Source: Vicinamibacteria bacterium
Lineage (GTDB): Bacteria; Acidobacteriota; Vicinamibacteria; Marinacidobacterales; Marinacidobacteraceae
Assembly (NCBI GenBank): GCA_963555995.3
Contig: OY821641.1
Coordinates: 3,424,001 to 3,488,000 of the forward strand
Direction of reading: 5' to 3'
Length of the DNA stretch: 64,000 nt
The first letter of the stretch is position 1, and every line of letters begins with the position of its first letter. Below, one piece after another: positions 47,045 to 62,375 of this stretch. The notes under the pieces were generated by a model. The model was given only the letters and a program-made list of their open reading frames with translations, made no database searches and was not told the DNA's origin. Made by a program: the position numbers and the translations under genes.

Positions 47045-48505
47045 TTGCACCGATCTTCGCGCCTGGCCACCGCCACCGAAGCGCCACAAACCGCCGAGAA
47101 CCGGTGGATGGAGGTGCTGTCCGCCATCCGGACCGGCCTCTCTTCCCACGAATTCGACACCTGGTTCGCTCCGGCCCGGTTCCTGAGCGCCGAAGACGAC
47201 GTCGTCGTGATCGGGGTTCCCAACGCCATGTTCGCGAACCACCTCGAGGGCGAATACCGGGACCGGATCCTGCGCGCCTTCGCGGCGGCCGGCAGCCCCA
47301 TGGCTTCGATTCGCTGTTCGGTCTCCGCGGGTCCATCCGGCGGCAGCGGAACCGCCGCCCTGTCCGACGACCCCGGCGCGTCTCCGGTGATGGACGACGG
47401 CCGGCCCGCGGTGAACGCCGTCCCGTCCGCCGCCCATCACCCCGGCAACGGCGAGTCACCCCGGCCAGCCCTGCGGAGCGATTCCGTTTCCGCGTCCTTC
47501 TCCTTCGATTCGTTCGTGGTCGGCGCGAGCAATCGTTTCGCGCACTCGGCAGCCCTCGACGTGAGCAATCCGGGAGTCCGGTCCTCCCCGTACAACCCGC
47601 TCCTGATCCACGGGGAGACGGGGCTCGGCAAGACCCACCTCCTCCAGGCCATCGCCCGGCGGTTCGTCGAACAGAACCCGGGGCGAAGGATCCTCCTCAC
47701 CAGGGGAGACGCCTTCAGCAGCCATGTGATCAGCGCCGTCCGGGCGAACGACCTCTACGGTTTTCGCAACGAGTGCGCCGAGCTCGACATGCTGCTCGTG
47801 GACAACATCCAGTTCATCGCCGGTCTGGACCGCTTCGGCCGGGTTGCCCAGGAGTTCTTCCACGCACTCACCGCGCTTTCGGACCGGGGCCGGCGGATCG
47901 TCCTGACTTCCGACCGAGACCCCCGGGACATCCCGAATCTGGATGCGCAGATCAAGAGCCGCCTGGAAGCCGGACTGACGACCGGGGTCGGCAATCCCGA
48001 CTGGGAGGTGCGGGCGGCCATCGTCCGCAAGAAGGCCGCCACCCTGGAGTTGGAGCTGCCGGAAGGGGTTGCGGAGACCATTGCGTCCCGCTACCGGAAC
48101 GACGTCCGGAAACTCGAAGGGATTCTCAACCGGCTGGTCGCCGAATCGAACGCCAACCGGGTCCGGATCACGCCGGCTCTCCTCGACCGGATCGTTTCGG
48201 AGCACGCCTCCCGGCGAAACCGTCAACCCTCGATCCAGGAGGTGCAGGTGGCCGTGGCGAAGGCCTTCGGCTTCCCGCCCCTGCGACTCGTCGGGAAACA
48301 ACGGGCCAACGTGCTCTCCCTCGCGCGCCATGTGGCCATGTACCTCTGCCGTCAGACAACCGGCCGGACGCTCGTGGAGATCGGGAAGGAGTTCCGGCGG
48401 GACCATTCGACGGTGACCTACGGGATCCGTCGCGTCGCCGCCGCGCGCAAGCGCGACCTGGGACTCAACCGGCTCATCGAGCGTCTCCTGGACCAGCTTT
48501 CCTGA
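47045..48505 (+). CDS. dnaA: Chromosomal replication initiator DnaA
   Basis: FDTWF, FVVGASN, YNPL, GETGLGKTHL, SRLEAGL, RHVAMYL, RDHSTV; start uncertain (TTG 47045 or CTG 47063). Confidence 0.95.
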   Translation: MHRSSRLATATEAPQTAENRWMEVLSAIRTGLSSHEFDTWFAPARFLSAEDDVVVIGVPNAMFANHLEGEYRDRILRAFAAAGSPMASIRCSVSAGPSGGSGTAALSDDPGASPVMDDGRPAVNAVPSAAHHPGNGESPRPALRSDSVSASFSFDSFVVGASNRFAHSAALDVSNPGVRSSPYNPLLIHGETGLGKTHLLQAIARRFVEQNPGRRILLTRGDAFSSHVISAVRANDLYGFRNECAELDMLLVDNIQFIAGLDRFGRVAQEFFHALTALSDRGRRIVLTSDRDPRDIPNLDAQIKSRLEAGLTTGVGNPDWEVRAAIVRKKAATLELELPEGVAETIASRYRNDVRKLEGILNRLVAESNANRVRITPALLDRIVSEHASRRNRQPSIQEVQVAVAKAFGFPPLRLVGKQRANVLSLARHVAMYLCRQTTGRTLVEIGKEFRRDHSTVTYGIRRVAAARKRDLGLNRLIERLLDQLS

Positions 48506-49285
48506 TCGGCCGGAGCGAACGGGGCTTGTTCCAGGCCCCTTGACGCCGTCTAGCAGCCTGTGGACAAAGTCACGCGGCATTCCCGAGCCAAGAGGGATAG
48601 GAGCCGGGTGAACCCGTCCCCTATCCCTCTCGCTCCGGGGTCTGCGCGGGGCTCACGCCCCGCTAACGACGCGAACGCCGATGCATCCCGCCTGAACCGC
48701 GCCTCTACGAGGCGCTCTGCGTTGCGTTTCGGTCGGAATACACCCGGTATTCCTCCCTCACGCGCCTTGTCAGCCGGGCGCCTCGGCGTTCTCGGTGCTC
48801 ACGTCACTTTGTCCACAGGCTGCTAGAGCGCGGCTGACGCGCACCCGGCCGATGCGCCACGAGGGTTCACGGCGCCGCGTCGGACGCGGAAACGCGTGGC
48901 CCTCGGGCGCCCCGAAGAATGTGGAAAGAGTGCGGAAAACCTGTGGAAAACGTGTGGATTTCCCCGGAAAACCAGGCATCCCGAAAGCACCCGGACACCG
49001 GCGCTCCGGCTTTCCCCAGCGCGCCACCATCCCCCCGGCAGTTCGCCAACATTCGGCAACCCTTGTAAAGCACCTTTTTTCAGTAACTTGGCTGATTCTT
49101 CAACACTTTCCACACGGCAAATTAACGACTATAATTCCTCCCTGACGGCTCCTCTGTTTCTATTGATCCGTTCGATCTTTGCGCCCCTCAAGGTATTGAA
49201 TCGAGGCGTCTCTGATCCTGTCGCTTTCCGCGGAAGTCTCCCGGACTCCCGCACGGCCAATTGCTGATCCAGAAAAGAGCACTCC
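48506..49285. other. oriC: Replication origin oriC (dnaA-dnaN spacer)
   Basis: DnaA boxes at 48559-48567 and 48809-48817; four phased boxes at 48920/48931/48942/48953; box pair 49097-49114 followed by an AT-rich tract with NAN trimers (49124-49135); core genes diverge around this region. Confidence 0.85.
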
Positions 49286-50410
49286 ATGGACTTCACCACT
49301 GACCGAGAAGCCCTCCTGGCAGAACTGAACCTGTTCGCCGGCGTGGTTGAGAACCGGCCGTCGGACCCACTCTCCATGTTCTCGAACGTCACCTTCCGGC
49401 CGTCGGAGAACGGCTGCGAACTGACGGCGTCGGGCGGAGAGATCGGCCTGAGGTCCAGCATCGCCGCGGAGACCAGCGGCGAGGGACTGCTCAGCGTCCC
49501 GGTGAGCCTGCTGGCGCGCTGGCTCAAGGAAGGGCGCGCGGAGAAGGTCTCGTTCCAGGAAACCGACCAGAACTGGATCCAGGTCCGCTGCGGAGGCAAC
49601 GACACCCGCATCCCCGGCCGGGTCGGTGACCCGCCAACCATCTCGGAGCCCCCGGCGGATCCGCTCTGCACGGTGCCGTCCGAGATGTTCGCGACCCTGC
49701 TGCGGTCGGGCTCCTACGCCTTTCCCGCCGCGGTGGACGCCTCGGTCGCGACCGCCGGCGCACAGATCGAGGTTGAAGGCGGCAGCGTGCGGATCGTTTC
49801 GTCCGATCACTCGCGCCTGGCCTACTCCAGCGCCACGCTGGGAGATGGGAACGGGGCCGCTTCCGGCGGCAAGCAGGCCTTCGGACTCGGAATGAAGGCG
49901 ATTTCCGAGTTGACCCTGCTGGCGCGGAGCGGTGACACCGGCATGCGCTTCTTCGAAGGCGAGAACCACCTCTTCCTCGAGTTCGGACACCGGCTGCTGG
50001 TGTGCGCCAAGCTCGCTGATCGGCTGCCCGAGTACGAGCACGTGATCCCACGCGACTGCCCGATCCGGATTCGCGCCAGCCGGGAGGGGCTGCTGGGCGC
50101 CGTCCAGGCCGCGCTCCCGTTCTCGACCGGTGACTTCAACCGGGCCAAGCTCGATATCGGCGACGAATCCATTCGGATCGACGTCACGTCGGTGCGGGGA
50201 GAGGCGATCTCGGACGTCGAGGTCCTGGAAGCGTCGGGCACTCCGCTCACCCTCCATCTGAACCTCGTGCACCTGCGTGATTTCGCGAAGAGTTTCGACT
50301 GCGAGGCGGTCGCGCTGGAGTTCAACACGCCGGACACGGCGTTCATCCTGCGCCCGGTGGACGAGGACGACAGCATCGAGCACTTCTGCGTCGGGATGCC
50401 GCTCGTTTGA
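49286..50410 (+). CDS. dnaN: DNA polymerase III beta clamp
   Basis: 374 aa; VSSDHSRLA, PEYEHVIP, C-terminal GMPL; position after oriC. Confidence 0.9.
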   Translation: MDFTTDREALLAELNLFAGVVENRPSDPLSMFSNVTFRPSENGCELTASGGEIGLRSSIAAETSGEGLLSVPVSLLARWLKEGRAEKVSFQETDQNWIQVRCGGNDTRIPGRVGDPPTISEPPADPLCTVPSEMFATLLRSGSYAFPAAVDASVATAGAQIEVEGGSVRIVSSDHSRLAYSSATLGDGNGAASGGKQAFGLGMKAISELTLLARSGDTGMRFFEGENHLFLEFGHRLLVCAKLADRLPEYEHVIPRDCPIRIRASREGLLGAVQAALPFSTGDFNRAKLDIGDESIRIDVTSVRGEAISDVEVLEASGTPLTLHLNLVHLRDFAKSFDCEAVALEFNTPDTAFILRPVDEDDSIEHFCVGMPLV

Positions 50411-50439
50411 TCAACCCGCGACCACTCACGGTCCGCTGA

Positions 50440-55728
<5,289 letters not shown>

Positions 55729-55732
<4 letters not shown>

Positions 55733-56460
55733 TGAACGCGACCGTCCGTTCCGCCCTCCCGGACTTCCGCTCCGCCTTCCGCGGGCTCGGGATCGCGGTG
55801 GCGGCGTCCGCGGCCGGCTGTTCCTCCCCGCCCGAGGAGGCGCTCCTCTCGCAGTTCTTCCGCGCCATCGCGGCGGAGGATCGGGTGAGCGCCGGCGGGC
55901 TCTCGATGGCCGGCTTTCCCGGGGGCCCGATTGAATCGTGGGAGATCGTCGAGAGCGGGATGGTGACCGAGGGCCCGTACCGGGTGCCGGAGCTCCGGCA
56001 GGAGGAGACGGACGCCGAGGCGGCGCGGGACGAGCAGTTCAAGATCTTCTACGACTTCCGCCAGGCGAATCAGGAGGCCCTCGCGCGGATCACGGACCGC
56101 CTCGAAGACGACCCGGACGCCGTCATCGGCGGGCGCCTGGGGGAGATCGCGGCCGAGTGGAACGCCCACGCGGCGGAGCGGCGCCGGCTGGTGTCCTCGC
56201 TCAGCGAGGTGCAGATGGCGCTCGAGGAAGAACGCCGGCGCGCCCAGCGGAGCCTGCTGCGGGAGGCGCCGGTGGACTACCTCGCAGGGAACATTTCGGA
56301 GCAGGAGGTGCTCGTGCGGACCGTGGAGGAGGGGGCGGCGCACGGCTACCGCTTCACCCTCATCCGCTACAACCTCCGGAACCAGCAGGGCGCCGAGGTT
56401 CCCGCGCGCTGGATCATCGCCGCCATCGCGCCCACCCCGGAAGCCGCTTCGTCACCGTGA
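55729..56460 (+). CDS. Hypothetical lipoprotein
   Basis: Lipobox-like AAGC after a hydrophobic stretch; coiled-coil middle; overlaps both neighbours. Confidence 0.65.
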
Positions 56461-57020
56461 CCGGCGACGCCCGCAGCGTCCTGCTTTCCATCCTGCGGCG
56501 GGAATCGGTGAAGTTCGGGGAGTTCACGCTCGCAAGCGGAGCCAAATCGTCCGTCTACGTGGACGCGCGGCTCACGGTGATGCGGTCCGACGCCGCCGGG
56601 CTGGTAGGCCGGGTCCTGCTGGACGCGATGGACCGCTCGGGCTTCCGGGCGTCCGCGGTGGGCGGGATGGCAGCGGGAGCGATCCCCCTGACGACGGCGG
56701 TCGTCATGGAGGCGAACGCCGCCGGCCGGCAACTGGCGGGATTCTTCGTGCGGAAGGAGGCGAAGGGCCACGGCCGCGGGCGGCGCATCGAGGGGGTGGA
56801 ACACCCGCGGGGCGCGGCCGTCATCCTCGAGGACACCGCCACCACCGGGAAATCCACCCTCGCAGCGGTGGAAGCCGCCCGCGAGGCCGGCTTCGAGGTC
56901 GTGGGAGCGGTGGCGCTCGTGGACCGCGGGATGGGCGCCGGCCCGCGCCTGGCCGAGGCCGGCGTCCCCTACGCGGCCGTGTTCGATCTGGACGACCTCA
57001 CGGACAACGCCGCAAGCTGA
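56457..57020 (+). CDS. pyrE: Orotate phosphoribosyltransferase
   Basis: GEFTLASG..YVDAR, RKEAKGHG, LEDTATTGKS; GTG 56457. Confidence 0.93.
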   Translation: MTGDARSVLLSILRRESVKFGEFTLASGAKSSVYVDARLTVMRSDAAGLVGRVLLDAMDRSGFRASAVGGMAAGAIPLTTAVVMEANAAGRQLAGFFVRKEAKGHGRGRRIEGVEHPRGAAVILEDTATTGKSTLAAVEAAREAGFEVVGAVALVDRGMGAGPRLAEAGVPYAAVFDLDDLTDNAAS

Positions 57021-57044
57021 CCCCACCCACCCTCACGGCGCGCC

Positions 57045-57075
57045 CGGCTTGGAACGCGGGTCTCCAGACCGGCAC
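57045..57075. repeat. REP-like palindrome (single) between convergent genes
   Basis: CGGCTTGGAACGCGGGTCTCCAGACCGGCAC. Confidence 0.75.
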
Positions 57076-57105
57076 GAGCGGTGCTCCGCACCGCGCCCGG
57101 CGAAA

Positions 57106-59256
57106 CTAAACCCGCTCCAGCCGCGCGAACTCCAGGACCAGCCGCCGGCGGCCGTGGACCCGGAACAGCACGGAGAGGCGCTTGCCGTCCGGGTCCACCG
57201 TCTCCACCCGGCCGACCCCGAACTTGGGGTGGCGCACGTTGTCACCCTTTCGGAACGGCCCCGCGGCCGGCGCCGTCCCGAGCGGAATGGCCCGGGCTTC
57301 CCCGCGCGCGGCGTCGAGCAGGTCGCGGGGAATCTCGCCGAGGAACCGCGACACCCCGCCGCGCGACCGCAGGTAGGGTGCGCCGCCCGGCGCCGCCGAG
57401 AGCTGCAGGCGCTTCCGCGCCCGCGTCATTCCCACGTAGAAGAGACGCCGTTCCTCTTCGAGCTGGACGTCCGATTCGAGGGAGAACGCGTGCGGGAAGA
57501 GCCCCTCCCAGAGGCCGGCGAGGAAGACCGAATCGAACTCCAGCCCCTTGGCGGCGTGCACGGTCATCACCATCACCGGCGGCACGCCGGGGTCGGCCCC
57601 TTCTTCGGGCATCAGGTCTTCCGCCGACAGCAGGCTCACCTGGTCCAGGAAGGCGTCCACGGCGCCCTCCGGGTTCGAGCGTTCGAACTCGCGGGCGGCG
57701 TTCTGCAGCGACACGAGGTTCTCGAAGCGCTCCCGGTCGTTCTCCTGGAAAAAGGGGCCGAGGCCGGCGTCCGCGATCGCCGAACGGACGACCTTTGCCG
57801 GTCCCCCGGAGATGGCGCGGCGAACCGCAGCGATCCCTTCCACGAACGCGCGGAGACCGTTCAGCGCCCGGGCCGGCAGGCCTCGCTCCGCCACGACCCG
57901 CTCCGCCGCCGCCAGGAGGGAGGTTCCGTCCGCGGCTCCCTGTTCTTCGATGCGCCCGAGCGACTTCGGACCCACGCCGCGCGGAATCGCCGCCAGCGCC
58001 CGCCGAAAGGCGGAGTCGTCGCCGGGATTGGCCGCCACCCGGAGGCAGGCGAGCGCGTCCAGCACCTCGCGCCGCTCGTAGAAGCGGAGCCCGCCCACGA
58101 TCACGTGCGGGATCCGATGGGCGGCGAACGCTTCTTCGAACGCCCGCGTCTGGGCGCGGGTGCGGAGGAGCACGGCGGTGGAGCCGCGCCCCTCTCCCTG
58201 CCCCGCGATCTCGATGGCGATCGCCTGCGCCTCGCTCGTTTCGCTGGCAAACGAACGGAACCGGGCCCGCTCGCCCTGCTCTCCCAGCGGCCGGAGGGTC
58301 TTGCCGTCCCGGCGCCGGTTGCGGCGGATGACCGCGTTGGCGGCGTCCACGATGGCGGCGGTGGAGCGGTAGTTCTCCTCCAGCCGCAGCACCCGCGCGC
58401 CCGGGAAGTCCTCCCGGAAACGGAGGATGTTCCGGAAATCGGCGCCCCGGAACGAGTAGATCGCCTGGTCGTCGTCGCCGACCGCGAAGACGTCCCGGTG
58501 ACCCGTCAGCCGGAGGACCAGCCGGTGCTGGGTGGGACCGGTGTCCTGGTACTCGTCAATCAACAGGTGGCGGACGCGCCGGGCCACGAACGCGCGGGCC
58601 GCCTCCGAGGCGTCCAGTAGCTCGAGGGCGCGGATCAGCAGGTCGTCGAAGTCCACGCCCTTCCGTTCGGCGACCTTGCGCCGGTAAAGAGCGGTCGCCT
58701 CCCGCACGGATTCCCCCAGCCGGGGGTCCCGCGGTCCGCGGAACGCGGCGCCGGAGGCTTCGGCGTTCCGGAGCCGGGAGACCAACTGGACCAGCCGCCC
58801 CAGCGGGAGCCGGTCGTCGTCCATCAGGAGCTCGCGGGCGACCTGCCGAATCAGGGCGCGGCTCTCGTCGGCCCCGAACACCGGGAATCCGGACGGCAGG
58901 CCGATGTCGCCGCCGAAGCGCCGCAGCAGGTTCAGCCCGAACGCATGGAAGGTGGAGACCCAGGGCCGGGATCCGGTTTCCTGCACCTCGGCGGCGAGGG
59001 CGTCCACCCGGGTGCGCATCTCCCGCGCCGCCTTGTTCGTGAAGGTGACGGCGAGGATGGATTCCGGCGGGACGCCATCCACCAGCAGGCGCCAACCGAT
59101 CCGGTGGGTGATGACGCGGGTCTTGCCGGAGCCGGCCCCCGCGAGCACCAGCGTCGGTCCGGCGGGCGCCGAGACCGCTTCCTGCTGGGAGGGGTTCAGC
59201 CCCGCGAGGACCGACTCCCCGGCGCGGTCGTGAGGGCGGACCGGATCAGTCGTCAC
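57106..59256 (-). CDS. uvrD: UvrD/PcrA SF1 DNA helicase
   Basis: AGAGSGKT, DEYQD, VGDDDQ, ENYRST, EERRLFYVGMTRA, HPKFG Tudor tail. Confidence 0.95.
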   Translation of the reverse strand: MTTDPVRPHDRAGESVLAGLNPSQQEAVSAPAGPTLVLAGAGSGKTRVITHRIGWRLLVDGVPPESILAVTFTNKAAREMRTRVDALAAEVQETGSRPWVSTFHAFGLNLLRRFGGDIGLPSGFPVFGADESRALIRQVARELLMDDDRLPLGRLVQLVSRLRNAEASGAAFRGPRDPRLGESVREATALYRRKVAERKGVDFDDLLIRALELLDASEAARAFVARRVRHLLIDEYQDTGPTQHRLVLRLTGHRDVFAVGDDDQAIYSFRGADFRNILRFREDFPGARVLRLEENYRSTAAIVDAANAVIRRNRRRDGKTLRPLGEQGERARFRSFASETSEAQAIAIEIAGQGEGRGSTAVLLRTRAQTRAFEEAFAAHRIPHVIVGGLRFYERREVLDALACLRVAANPGDDSAFRRALAAIPRGVGPKSLGRIEEQGAADGTSLLAAAERVVAERGLPARALNGLRAFVEGIAAVRRAISGGPAKVVRSAIADAGLGPFFQENDRERFENLVSLQNAAREFERSNPEGAVDAFLDQVSLLSAEDLMPEEGADPGVPPVMVMTVHAAKGLEFDSVFLAGLWEGLFPHAFSLESDVQLEEERRLFYVGMTRARKRLQLSAAPGGAPYLRSRGGVSRFLGEIPRDLLDAARGEARAIPLGTAPAAGPFRKGDNVRHPKFGVGRVETVDPDGKRLSVLFRVHGRRRLVLEFARLERV

Positions 59257-60343
59257 GGACCGCCTTCCGGAGCCCCGCCGGGGCATCCACGTCGCGACCG
59301 AGCTGCCGTCCGGCGAAGTAGGCGAGCAGTTGCAGGACGGGTGCGGCCTCGAAGGGACGAAGCCAGGGCGCGCCGACCGACTCGATGGTGCACCCGCCGT
59401 CCCGGTGCGCCGGAGCTCCCGGAAAGTCCGCGGCGGCCAGCCGCAGGAGCGGGGCGCCCGCCTCCGCGAGCGCCGCGAGCGCCCGGGTTTCGCCCGGGGA
59501 GACCCCGCCGGGTTCCGAGAGCAGCACCACCGGCGTCTCCCGGTCCACCAGCGCGAAGGGTCCGTGGACGAGTTCCTCGGTGCGCAGCGCGATGGCCGGC
59601 ACCACCGCCGTCTCCATCATCTTGAGCGCCCCCTCGGCGGCGAGGGGCCGGAGCGGGCCGCACCCGAGAAAGAACCAGGTCCGGCCGGCGGCGAGCCCGC
59701 CCACGAAGCGTTCGAGGCGCGAACCGTGTTCGATGGCCCCCCGCAGGGCCTCGGGAACCTCGCGGATCTCGTCCGTCCCGGGCGGATTCGCGGACGCGCC
59801 GGCGCCCGCCGCCCACTCCCGCCCGAACAGCCGGAGCGCCAGCAGCGCCGCGGTGAAGCTCTTGGTCGCCGGGATGGCGGTTTCGGTCCCCGCCCGGGTG
59901 ACGTAGGCGAGGTCCGCGCGCCGGGCCGCCGGGCTCTCGGCCTCGTTCGTCACCACGACGCGGAAGACCCCCTCGCCGCCCGCCCGATCAAGCAGCCGCA
60001 GCACACTCCCGGTGGCGCCGGACTGGGTCACGGCGATCAGCACGCCGTCGCCGCCGTGGTCTCGCAAGGGGCCGCGAATCTCGCCGGCGGTTGCGACGGA
60101 AGCGGACAGCCCCGCTTCCCGAAACCAGCCGGCGGCGATCTCGGCGGCGTGGCGGCTCGTCCCGGAGCCGACGAGCAGGCCCTTCCCGCCGGCACGAACG
60201 GCTCCGGCCCTCAGCGCGGCCAGCCGCGCGGGCGTCCCGGCTTCCAGCGCCGCCAGCGTCCGTTCGGCCGCCGCCGGCTGTTCGTGGATTTCGCGCCAGA
60301 GGGCCGGCGGCTCCCGGCTCTCCGCGGGGGCGGGAACGCTCAG
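59246..60343 (-). CDS. Double-SIS sugar isomerase (GlmS C-terminal-like, no glutaminase domain)
   Basis: REIHEQP, GSGTS, TQSGAT, ATKSFT, EGALKMME, HGP, LRKAV; start inferred at CTG overlapping the upstream stop. Confidence 0.82.
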   Translation of the reverse strand: MSVPAPAESREPPALWREIHEQPAAAERTLAALEAGTPARLAALRAGAVRAGGKGLLVGSGTSRHAAEIAAGWFREAGLSASVATAGEIRGPLRDHGGDGVLIAVTQSGATGSVLRLLDRAGGEGVFRVVVTNEAESPAARRADLAYVTRAGTETAIPATKSFTAALLALRLFGREWAAGAGASANPPGTDEIREVPEALRGAIEHGSRLERFVGGLAAGRTWFFLGCGPLRPLAAEGALKMMETAVVPAIALRTEELVHGPFALVDRETPVVLLSEPGGVSPGETRALAALAEAGAPLLRLAAADFPGAPAHRDGGCTIESVGAPWLRPFEAAPVLQLLAYFAGRQLGRDVDAPAGLRKAVRDD

Positions 60344-61509
60344 ACCTCGTCGGCTCCTTCGAAGCGGCCCGCCGCCCGGCCCGGCTTCACCGCCTGGCGG
60401 CCCCGGGCGATGGCGAGCGCACCCTCCGGGACATCCTCGACGATCACCGACCCCGCGGCGACGAAGGCCCGGCGGCCGATGGTGACCGGCGCCACCAGGA
60501 TGGCGTTGCTGCCCACGAACGCGCCCGCCTCCACCACGGTCCGGTACTTGCCGCGCCCGTCGTAGTTGCAGGTGATGGTCCCGGCGCCGAGGTTCGCGCG
60601 CACGCCGACGTCCGCGTCCCCGACGTAGGACAGGTGGGGCAGCGCCGCCCGCCGCGCCAGCACGGCGTTCTTGGTCTCGACGAAGCTGCCCGCGAAGGAC
60701 TCGGGCTCGAGCCGGGTGTTCGGCCGGATGTGGGCGAAGGGACCCACCTTCGCATCGCGCCCGATGGAGCTGTCGAGCAGCACACAGTGGCTGAGGATGC
60801 GCGCACCGGCCTCCACCTCGGTGTTCTCGAGCCGGCAGAAGCTCTGGACCTCGGCGCCGGCGGCGATCTTCGTGTCGCCGGTGAGCCGTACGGAAGCCCC
60901 GATCCGGGCGCCGGCCTCGGCGCTCACGGTGGGGTCCGCCCAGAGCGTGTCCGGATCTTCGACCAGCACGCCGCCCTCGAGAAAACGCCGGGCGGTGCGG
61001 CGCTGGGCCACGCGGACGGCGACCGACCAGGTGCTGGCCCCCTCGACGCGCAGGTACCCGTCGGGCGCCCGGCGCCACTCCGAGAGGGCCTGCAGGTCGG
61101 CAAGGCTCTCACGGAACTCCGACCGGATCGCGCCCGCGAGGAATCCGGCGGTTCCCGCCACGGCGAGGACCTGGCCGGCGGCATTGTCGAGCCCCAGCGG
61201 TTTCGTCCCGGCGGCGGCGACGAGCGCGCGGAGCGGCTCTTCCGGCTGCGAGACGACTCCGGGGGGGACCAGGACCCCCCGCGCGTTCTCGCCGCGGGAA
61301 CGAAGCGCCTCGACGGCTTCCGCTACCGAGAGCCGGCGGGCGCCGACCCGCTCAAGGGCGGAGAGATCTCCGTCCGGCGCGTCGAGCGCCAGCAGCTCGC
61401 CCGGCGCCAGCGCGGCCGCCGCGGCCGCGGATGCCTCCGCGACCGTGCCCGCGAAGAACGGATAGCGCCCGATGGCGGGGTCCTCGGGATAGACGAGCAG
61501 GAAATCCAT
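60340..61509 (-). CDS. glmU: GlmU-like protein: intact hexapeptide acetyltransferase domain, degenerate uridyltransferase domain
   Basis: GPFAHIRP, FVETK, HLSYVGDA, NLGAGTITCNYDG, AAGS; N-terminus lacks LAAGxGTRM. Confidence 0.8.
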   Translation of the reverse strand: MDFLLVYPEDPAIGRYPFFAGTVAEASAAAAAALAPGELLALDAPDGDLSALERVGARRLSVAEAVEALRSRGENARGVLVPPGVVSQPEEPLRALVAAAGTKPLGLDNAAGQVLAVAGTAGFLAGAIRSEFRESLADLQALSEWRRAPDGYLRVEGASTWSVAVRVAQRRTARRFLEGGVLVEDPDTLWADPTVSAEAGARIGASVRLTGDTKIAAGAEVQSFCRLENTEVEAGARILSHCVLLDSSIGRDAKVGPFAHIRPNTRLEPESFAGSFVETKNAVLARRAALPHLSYVGDADVGVRANLGAGTITCNYDGRGKYRTVVEAGAFVGSNAILVAPVTIGRRAFVAAGSVIVEDVPEGALAIARGRQAVKPGRAAGRFEGADEV

Positions 61510-61605
61510 GTTCAGGAGACGCAGGGCCCGGAAGTCCGGGCAAGGTCAGGAAACGGGCGGGTGAGCGGGCCCCACCGCCAAGATCACCCTACCCCGGCCG
61601 GAATT

Positions 61606-62316
61606 CTACGTGGCTTCCCGTTTCTTCCGGCCCGCAGGGGCGACGACGATGGTCACCTCCCCGCGCGGCGGTTCCTGCTTCGCCCGGCGTGTGAGCGCGG
61701 GCAGGGAACCGAACCAGTGTTCTTCGTGGACTTTGGTCATTTCCCGGGAGACGGATGCTTCACGCGGACCCAGGATTCCCGCCAGTTCATCCAGAAGTTC
61801 CGCCGCGCGGCGGGCCGACTCGAAGAAGACCAGCGACCCCGGCGCCTCCGCCGACCGCTGCAGGAACGCCCGCCGTTTCGCGCTCCGCCGTCCCGGCGGG
61901 AAGCCGAAGAACGTGAACATGTCGGTCGGGAGGCCGGAGACCGAGAGCGCGGAAGCCACCGCGGACGGCCCGGGCACGGTGCGCACCGGCAGGTCTTCGG
62001 TGCGGGCGGCGCGGACCACCCGGTAACCGGGATCCGAGATCAGCGGCGTGCCGGCGTCGCAGATGAGCGCCACGTCCTCCCCGGACCGGAGCCGCCCGAG
62101 CAGGAACTCGACCTGACGGGCCTCGTTGTGGTCGTGGTACGAGACGAGCCGGGCGGAAAGGCCGAAGTGGGTGCGGAGCCGCCGGGCGACGCGGGTGTCC
62201 TCGCAGGCGATCCACGGAACGGCCCGCAGGACAGCGATCCCCCGCGGCGAGAGGTCCTCCAGGTTGCCGATGGGGGTGGCGACGACGAACAGCGTCCCCG
62301 GTATCTCGGCGCCCAT
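61606..62316 (-). CDS. rsmI: 16S rRNA C1402 2'-O-methyltransferase
   Basis: VATPIGNLED, CEDTR, DAGTPLISDPG, REMTKVHEE. Confidence 0.96.
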   Translation of the reverse strand: MGAEIPGTLFVVATPIGNLEDLSPRGIAVLRAVPWIACEDTRVARRLRTHFGLSARLVSYHDHNEARQVEFLLGRLRSGEDVALICDAGTPLISDPGYRVVRAARTEDLPVRTVPGPSAVASALSVSGLPTDMFTFFGFPPGRRSAKRRAFLQRSAEAPGSLVFFESARRAAELLDELAGILGPREASVSREMTKVHEEHWFGSLPALTRRAKQEPPRGEVTIVVAPAGRKKREAT

Positions 62317-62375
62317 CCCGGAACCGTAGCCCGCGACCTCGGGGATTAACCTAGGCGGATGGAGGATCGCCGCTC

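Noticed and set aside
48560-49267. Several short ORFs in the dnaA-dnaN spacer
   Set aside because: They overlap DnaA boxes and the AT-rich tract, with no coding signature.
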